Origin: a virus
Taxonomy: Duplodnaviria > Caudoviricetes
Direction: 5' to 3' (one strand)
Virus record (IMG/VR): IMGVR_UViG_3300031555_001437
Length of the DNA: 64,000 nucleotides
In this document: positions 58,835 to 64,000 of the stretch, one piece after another
How positions within the stretch are numbered: the stretch's first letter is position 1
Layout: every line of letters begins with the position of its first letter
Program-made: the position numbers and the translations under genes
The notes under the pieces: model-generated
What the model saw: the letters and a program-made list of their open reading frames with translations, nothing else
What the model was told of the DNA's origin: nothing
Database searches by the model: none

Positions 58835-61183
58835 ATGGCACAACAAACACTAACAACTAATCCTGTAACATTTTTGGACTACACGGATAGTCGTAAGTTG
58901 GATGTTTATATTACATCTAATTTACCGCAAACACAAATTTACAATCCTAACAGCGGAGCATATTCTCCAGACTGGAAGGCTACTCCACTAATATTGAGCT
59001 CTGATATCTTTTTAGATTATGAAGAAATTACTGGAGCCACAATAACTTGGTACGAACAAATAGGCTCTGATACAGAGGCACAAATTGGCACTGGCGAGTC
59101 TATCACAATAAGCGGAAATAGAATGCACGGAGCTACAGCATCCGTCACGTATACATGTAAAGTTGCATATCAAAACACATCTGCGTTTTCTAAAATAACT
59201 TTTGTTCGCTCCGATACTGGTTTGAACGGTTCGGATGGTACGTCTGTTACCATTAAAGATACTGCGTATTACAAAGGCACATTAACGGATGTAAACGTTG
59301 GTGAAGTTGTCGTGATTTATTCCGACGTTGATTGTAAAGATGCTTTGATCACAGATGAGTTAATTGATGGAGACGCATATATCGTTCAAGGGTATTTGTG
59401 CGTTTATAATGGCACAAAAAACGGTTTTATCTGTGCGGGAGAAATACGTGGACCAGAAGGCAAAAGCGCTCAAAGCATAATTCTAAATTCAACATCTCAA
59501 GTGTTCAGAATTAGTAAAAATAACGTTATGTCTCCTTCGTCAATTGTTATTACGGCGCAAGCCATCAATACGACTGTAACCAGTTGGACGTATAGTACAA
59601 ACGGCGGTGTTACGTTCGTAAGTGCCGCCCCTGCTGGTGTTGTACAATCTGGCGACCAGGTGACTATTACTGGCGCCGAGCTTGAATACAATGTGCTTGT
59701 TGTGAAGGCCTCCGACGGAACATATAGCGATATTTATACTGTGTATAAAATATCCGACGGCACAGATGGTAGACCTGGAGATGCTGGTCAATCAGCCTCT
59801 ATGGCGTTTTTAACGAATGAGAATATAACGTTTAGTGCTGATGAACAGGGGCAAGTCCCTTTGACGTCCGTAAGTACAAATGTTGTAGCATACAGTGGTA
59901 CAACAAAAGTTACCCCAACGCTAGGAACTATTAACACAGATTTGTTACCATCTGGAATGACAATTGAGAGCATTACCGAGGTGAGCAATGAGCTCATGAT
60001 TACTATTAAAGTTGGTAGCTTGGCTACGCTTGGCTCATCTCTCAGCAATAGCGGAACCATTAACATCCCTGTTGTCAGCCCAGTTAGTACTGTTCTTACA
60101 TTAGGATGGAGCAAAATAAACACTGGCGCTACTGGCGCCGATGGCACTGATGCTGTTACTTTTCAGGTATATTCTGCGAATGGCTATGTGCTATCAAAAG
60201 ATACACCGTCGGTACTGCTGCAGACATTTGCATACAACGGGGATGCTCTAATTGAGGCTGGTGCAACATATCAGTGGTACGTCCAGCCAAAAACTACACA
60301 ATATAATTTGGCAAAAGCGACTGAATATGATTCCGTAGAAGTTTACTATATTTTAGACACCGATGGAACATATAAACAGATATATATTGCAGATGAAGAT
60401 ACGTATAACACTCACTTTGGCAGTGGAGCTAACGCTGGTGTTCCTCTCTACGTCGAAGTTGAGTGGATAGAGTTAACAGAAACAAAAATCGAAGAAGTTG
60501 TCGATGAAAATACTGGCGCGGTAACTTTGGTGACGTCGACCGTTCTGGCGACGTCTCCATACACGACGATACGCCACACTGATGTTTCGTTTAGCACAAG
60601 CTATATGTGTAAGATGAAATTTGGAAATGCTGAATACGTTGATGTCGTTACTATTGATGACAAGAACGATGCCAATATCGTATTTACGTCTAAGCCTACG
60701 TCTTATGCTGCTGGCGATATTTGGATTGTTGGCACAGATTACGCTCCACGTGGAGTAGAGATTGGAACTGTATTAAAAGCCCAACATGCAAACAGCTCGT
60801 ATGCCGATGCGGACTGGGTGGCAGGTACTAAATACGACGATAAATTAATTGATTTAGAAACAGACGTTGGTACTTATAAACAGTTTATTTCTTTAGATAC
60901 CAAGTATGGAATTACAATGAATGCAATAGACGAGAGTGGTCGTGCTTCGGAATTTTCGACAACGTTATCGAACACCCAATTATCTTTTAATCAGGCGGGT
61001 GAGGCTGTTGCTTATATTAATAATCATAAAATGCATATTACTGAGGCTGAGATCGAGTCGCCGCTGACGGTTACTGGTAAGTATTCTGGTAACGCAATGT
61101 TGCAAGCGCCAACTATTAATCTTGGCAATTTTAGTTTAGTAGTTGAGGGCAACGGTAGCTTCTCAATAGTTTCTAATTTGTAA
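58835..61183 (+). CDS. Minor tail/tail-tip protein with short collagen-like linkers
   Basis: 'YITSN.P.TQIY.P..G.YSPDW' N-terminus, GxxG triplets, and C-terminal 'LSF...G..VAYI.N..M.IT.AEI'. Confidence 0.7.
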   Translation: MAQQTLTTNPVTFLDYTDSRKLDVYITSNLPQTQIYNPNSGAYSPDWKATPLILSSDIFLDYEEITGATITWYEQIGSDTEAQIGTGESITISGNRMHGATASVTYTCKVAYQNTSAFSKITFVRSDTGLNGSDGTSVTIKDTAYYKGTLTDVNVGEVVVIYSDVDCKDALITDELIDGDAYIVQGYLCVYNGTKNGFICAGEIRGPEGKSAQSIILNSTSQVFRISKNNVMSPSSIVITAQAINTTVTSWTYSTNGGVTFVSAAPAGVVQSGDQVTITGAELEYNVLVVKASDGTYSDIYTVYKISDGTDGRPGDAGQSASMAFLTNENITFSADEQGQVPLTSVSTNVVAYSGTTKVTPTLGTINTDLLPSGMTIESITEVSNELMITIKVGSLATLGSSLSNSGTINIPVVSPVSTVLTLGWSKINTGATGADGTDAVTFQVYSANGYVLSKDTPSVLLQTFAYNGDALIEAGATYQWYVQPKTTQYNLAKATEYDSVEVYYILDTDGTYKQIYIADEDTYNTHFGSGANAGVPLYVEVEWIELTETKIEEVVDENTGAVTLVTSTVLATSPYTTIRHTDVSFSTSYMCKMKFGNAEYVDVVTIDDKNDANIVFTSKPTSYAAGDIWIVGTDYAPRGVEIGTVLKAQHANSSYADADWVAGTKYDDKLIDLETDVGTYKQFISLDTKYGITMNAIDESGRASEFSTTLSNTQLSFNQAGEAVAYINNHKMHITEAEIESPLTVTGKYSGNAMLQAPTINLGNFSLVVEGNGSFSIVSNL

Positions 61184-61203
61184 AATAAACGAGGTGAAAA
61201 GAA

Positions 61204-62907
61204 ATGGCTATTACAGGAAGTTTTTCAACAAGTACTGGTGTTGCATTCAATCTAATCGCATATTATTCGTATACGCAAGATACTGCAGCCAACACTTCCA
61301 AGGTTACCGTTACATTAAAATTGGCGCATAAATCTATTAGCGCATCTGCTTTGAGTGGATCTTATTTGTCTGTGGCTGGAAACAAGACCTCATATAGTAA
61401 GTATATTTCTCAGAGCAGCAATACTTTGACTGAGACTACATTGGCAACAAATACTGTTACGGTGGCTCATAGCAGTTCTGGCAAGGGAACATGTGCTATA
61501 AAGGCAACTTTTGTTCTAAATGGTTCGTATAGCGGTAAATCGATTGGAACGTTAACACTGAGCGAAACACTTACGCTTAAAACAATCCCCAGAGCCTCAG
61601 CTTTGAGTGTGGTTAGTAGTATGAACACTGGGTCAACTCTCAACGTGTCCATATCTCCATCGGATAGTTCTTTTAAACATAAGGTTAAATTTATTGTAGA
61701 TGGAGTAGATAAGCATACTAGTGATTTCATAGCCGCTGGAACAACATCATACGGCTATAAAATTCCTCACGCATGGTCGCCAGATAAGCCTAGCAAAACC
61801 ATGACTGTGCGTTTATATACATATGCATCGAATGGCACTCTGATTGATACAGCGGAGAAGACGGTGACTATCAACGTCCCAGCTACTATCGTACCGACAA
61901 TTTCGTCGGTCAAAGCAGGTGTGTCTGCTGGGTTGGACGGCAAATATGTGCAAAACAAATCGAAAGTAACAATCACTATTACGGCTAGCCACAATGGAGA
62001 ATCGACCATTACTGGCTATGAGTACAGCGGTAAAAATATTGCTGGTACTAGCGATTCGTACGCTGGCACTGCTGCATCTAAAACAAGTGGAGTCATTCAG
62101 TCCTCTGGAACCCAAACGTATAAGGTTAGAGCGAAGGATGCAAGAGGACGCTATTCTGATTGGAAGTCTGTGGATATATATGTGTATCCATATACAGCTC
62201 CAAAAATAACGTCTTTGCAGGCACAAAGATGCTTACAAAATGAGACGCTAGACAATAACGGCACATATGCAAAGCTCACAATAAAAACGTCACACGCTGA
62301 CGTCGGTGGTGCAAACACTGCGACAATAACCGTCGCAACCAGCAAAGATAATTATGCGACTTCTGTAACTATTGCGTCGTCTTCAAGCGCATCTAATACA
62401 TATTCAGAAGTTTTGGGAGATGGGTTTAAGGTTGACGCGGCTTACACTATACGGGTTGTTGTTACTGATGAATACGGCGCCGAAGACACTGAATATGTTG
62501 AATTGAAATCTGCGCAACGGTCTTTAAATATAGCGAAATACGGAAACGGAGTTGCTATAGGCGGTTTAAGCACAGTAACAAGTGCAAGTGCAAAAGGGCT
62601 ATTTGAATGTAACTGGGATACAGAAATCAAGGCGAAATTAACGGTTGAAGGATTTAGGGTGCCAGAGGTTCAACATGGAAATGTGAGCATAACGCCTAGC
62701 GCGGCCAATACTCCCACTTCTAAAGTGGTTACTTTTACGCGACAGTTTTCTGGCAGCCCAGATATTGTAGCGTCTGCCCACACATCTGTACCTGGTACTA
62801 CTGTTTTAGGTGTTGGAACGGCAAGCCGCAGTGCAACCGAATGTACAATCTGGTTGACAAGAACAAATACAACAGCAACGACAATCAATTGGGTGGCGGT
62901 TTATTAA
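61204..62907 (+). CDS. DUF859-like siphovirus tail protein with C-terminal H-type-lectin-like tip
   Basis: 'Q...NTS.VTV', 'L.TIPRAS', 'YVQNKSK', 'KDARGR' and 'QHG.V....VTF...F...P.I...W.A'. Confidence 0.75.
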   Translation: MAITGSFSTSTGVAFNLIAYYSYTQDTAANTSKVTVTLKLAHKSISASALSGSYLSVAGNKTSYSKYISQSSNTLTETTLATNTVTVAHSSSGKGTCAIKATFVLNGSYSGKSIGTLTLSETLTLKTIPRASALSVVSSMNTGSTLNVSISPSDSSFKHKVKFIVDGVDKHTSDFIAAGTTSYGYKIPHAWSPDKPSKTMTVRLYTYASNGTLIDTAEKTVTINVPATIVPTISSVKAGVSAGLDGKYVQNKSKVTITITASHNGESTITGYEYSGKNIAGTSDSYAGTAASKTSGVIQSSGTQTYKVRAKDARGRYSDWKSVDIYVYPYTAPKITSLQAQRCLQNETLDNNGTYAKLTIKTSHADVGGANTATITVATSKDNYATSVTIASSSSASNTYSEVLGDGFKVDAAYTIRVVVTDEYGAEDTEYVELKSAQRSLNIAKYGNGVAIGGLSTVTSASAKGLFECNWDTEIKAKLTVEGFRVPEVQHGNVSITPSAANTPTSKVVTFTRQFSGSPDIVASAHTSVPGTTVLGVGTASRSATECTIWLTRTNTTATTINWVAVY

Positions 62908-62918
62908 GGAGAGTTTAT

Positions 62919-63122
62919 ATGAAATTTTATGATAAGAACGGTATTGAGTTAAATATTGGAGATACAATTTCACCAGACGCAGGAAGAAAACTTTTGATTG
63001 TATCTGTTTTTTATGTAGAAGATTACCAAGAAGAATGTATGTTCGGTCAGCAAATAGAAGACCCGCTGGCGTTTTCTGTGCTGACGAAGGACAATCTTAA
63101 ACTACAATGGACAAAAAATTAA
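62919..63122 (+). CDS. Small hypothetical protein (DKNGxExxxGD motif)
   Basis: ATG 62919 after AAGGAG (ORF track starts at 62841). Confidence 0.55.
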   Translation: MKFYDKNGIELNIGDTISPDAGRKLLIVSVFYVEDYQEECMFGQQIEDPLAFSVLTKDNLKLQWTKN

Positions 63123-63152
63123 AACAATTAAAAGTTAGGAGGTGAAAAAAGA

Positions 63153-63617
63153 ATGGAGCTCCTAAAAGATATTGGCGCGGTCGTTGGACTTGTTTTGTCT
63201 GCTGTTTCGTTAATCACGATTTGTGTAAGACCTATACGTAGACGTGTGGTTAATTTCATCGCAACCATTTCAGACAAAGCTGCAACTGCAGAAACGTTAC
63301 GTGAAATCAAGTACGAAATCAAAGAAATGAAAGAGCATATATCACAAAACACAGTAGAGCGTCGTCAGCAAATCGCAGAAATGCAGGATCAAATCAACGA
63401 TATTATTACGTTTGATAAAAAGAACCACGAAGCGTTAAAAGATATGATACGCGAAAAAATCGTCAGCGTATATTACACCAATCTAGAAAATAAGTCTCTA
63501 CACTATGAAGAGTGGGAGAGTGTTTCTGAATTGGCAAATTCTTATTTCTCGCTTGGTGGCAACCACTTTATTAAAGGGTTGATGGATCAGATGAAGAACT
63601 GGACGATCATGAGATAA
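63153..63617 (+). CDS. Membrane-anchored lysis-module protein (holin-associated)
   Basis: N-terminal TM helix, coiled coil and 'Y..LGGN' C-terminal motif, in the usual pre-holin position. Confidence 0.65.
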   Translation: MELLKDIGAVVGLVLSAVSLITICVRPIRRRVVNFIATISDKAATAETLREIKYEIKEMKEHISQNTVERRQQIAEMQDQINDIITFDKKNHEALKDMIREKIVSVYYTNLENKSLHYEEWESVSELANSYFSLGGNHFIKGLMDQMKNWTIMR

Positions 63618-63633
63618 AAAAGGAGATGATAAT

Positions 63634-63939
63634 ATGGATGCGCTTCAATTGGTTGTTTCTATTTTGTCTGGATTGATTACATGCATACCGCTTGTAATTG
63701 AACTAATTAAGTACATAGAAAAAGCAATGAAGGAAAAGAATTGGACAAGCCTAATGCAAATGACGTTGCAATTAATGTCAGAAGCTGAAGGGAATTTCCA
63801 AACTGGGGAAGAAAAGAAAGCGTATGTCATGAATACTTTGGGCGCACTTCAGCGCACTCTGAATTATGACATTGATGAACAAGCTGTCAGCGATATGATA
63901 GATTCTATCTGCTTGGCAAGTAAAAAGATAAACACATAA
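63634..63939 (+). CDS. Holin (LL-H-like)
   Basis: One N-terminal TM segment followed by 'AE....GEEKK.YV...I..MID'. Confidence 0.65.
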   Translation: MDALQLVVSILSGLITCIPLVIELIKYIEKAMKEKNWTSLMQMTLQLMSEAEGNFQTGEEKKAYVMNTLGALQRTLNYDIDEQAVSDMIDSICLASKKINT

Positions 63940-63945
63940 TACAAC

Positions 63946-63980
63946 GGGGCTGCGGAGAAATCTGCAGCCCTTATTTTTTT
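63946..63980 (+). terminator. Intrinsic terminator
   Basis: GGGGCTGCGGA-GAAA-TCTGCAGCCCT followed by TATTTTTTT. Confidence 0.85.
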
Positions 63981-64000
63981 GCGTTTTCGAGATATTGTTT

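Larger units (their letters stand above)
1..64000 (+). mobile_element. Tail morphogenesis/adsorption/lysis region of a large siphovirus-type phage or prophage
   Basis: Co-directional, tightly packed + strand genes including tail tube, tape measure, Dit/Tal-like, fibre and holin-like proteins. No host housekeeping genes. Element ends are not in the window. Confidence 0.95.

Noticed and set aside
63153-64000. Endolysin in the lysis cassette
   Set aside because: Only two holin-like genes and a terminator are visible. No amidase or muramidase ORF is in the window, though one may lie outside it.

Overview
The whole window is the late/structural module of a large, long-tailed siphovirus-type phage or prophage, probably of a Firmicutes host (AGGAGG-type RBSs, roughly 40% GC by eye). 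All credible genes are on the + strand. The order is: tail terminator/chaperone/major tail tube genes (1-2.2 kb); an unusually large ~34 kb block of fibre/adhesin genes (2.8-37 kb); a RuvC-like resolvase; a ~4,223-aa tape measure gene split by a group I (IA-like) intron that carries a LAGLIDADG endonuclease; a free-standing endonuclease; Dit, Tal and tail-tip genes; and holin-like genes. The fibre block is the most unusual part. Consecutive genes share an Mtd_N-like N-terminal module and a C-terminal W-x-[DE]-[FM] tail, suggesting a head-to-tail fibre chain. About 21 'GLMSxxDKxKLD' connectors join shuffled modules. Two BspA-type LRR genes have homogenised frameworks with hypervariable positions. 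A 1,943-aa protein combines LamG, CotH-like kinase, LRR and C-type-lectin-like domains. A 3.2-kaa fibre has chaperone-like folds at both ends. Family assignments come from motif recognition by eye, not from database searches.
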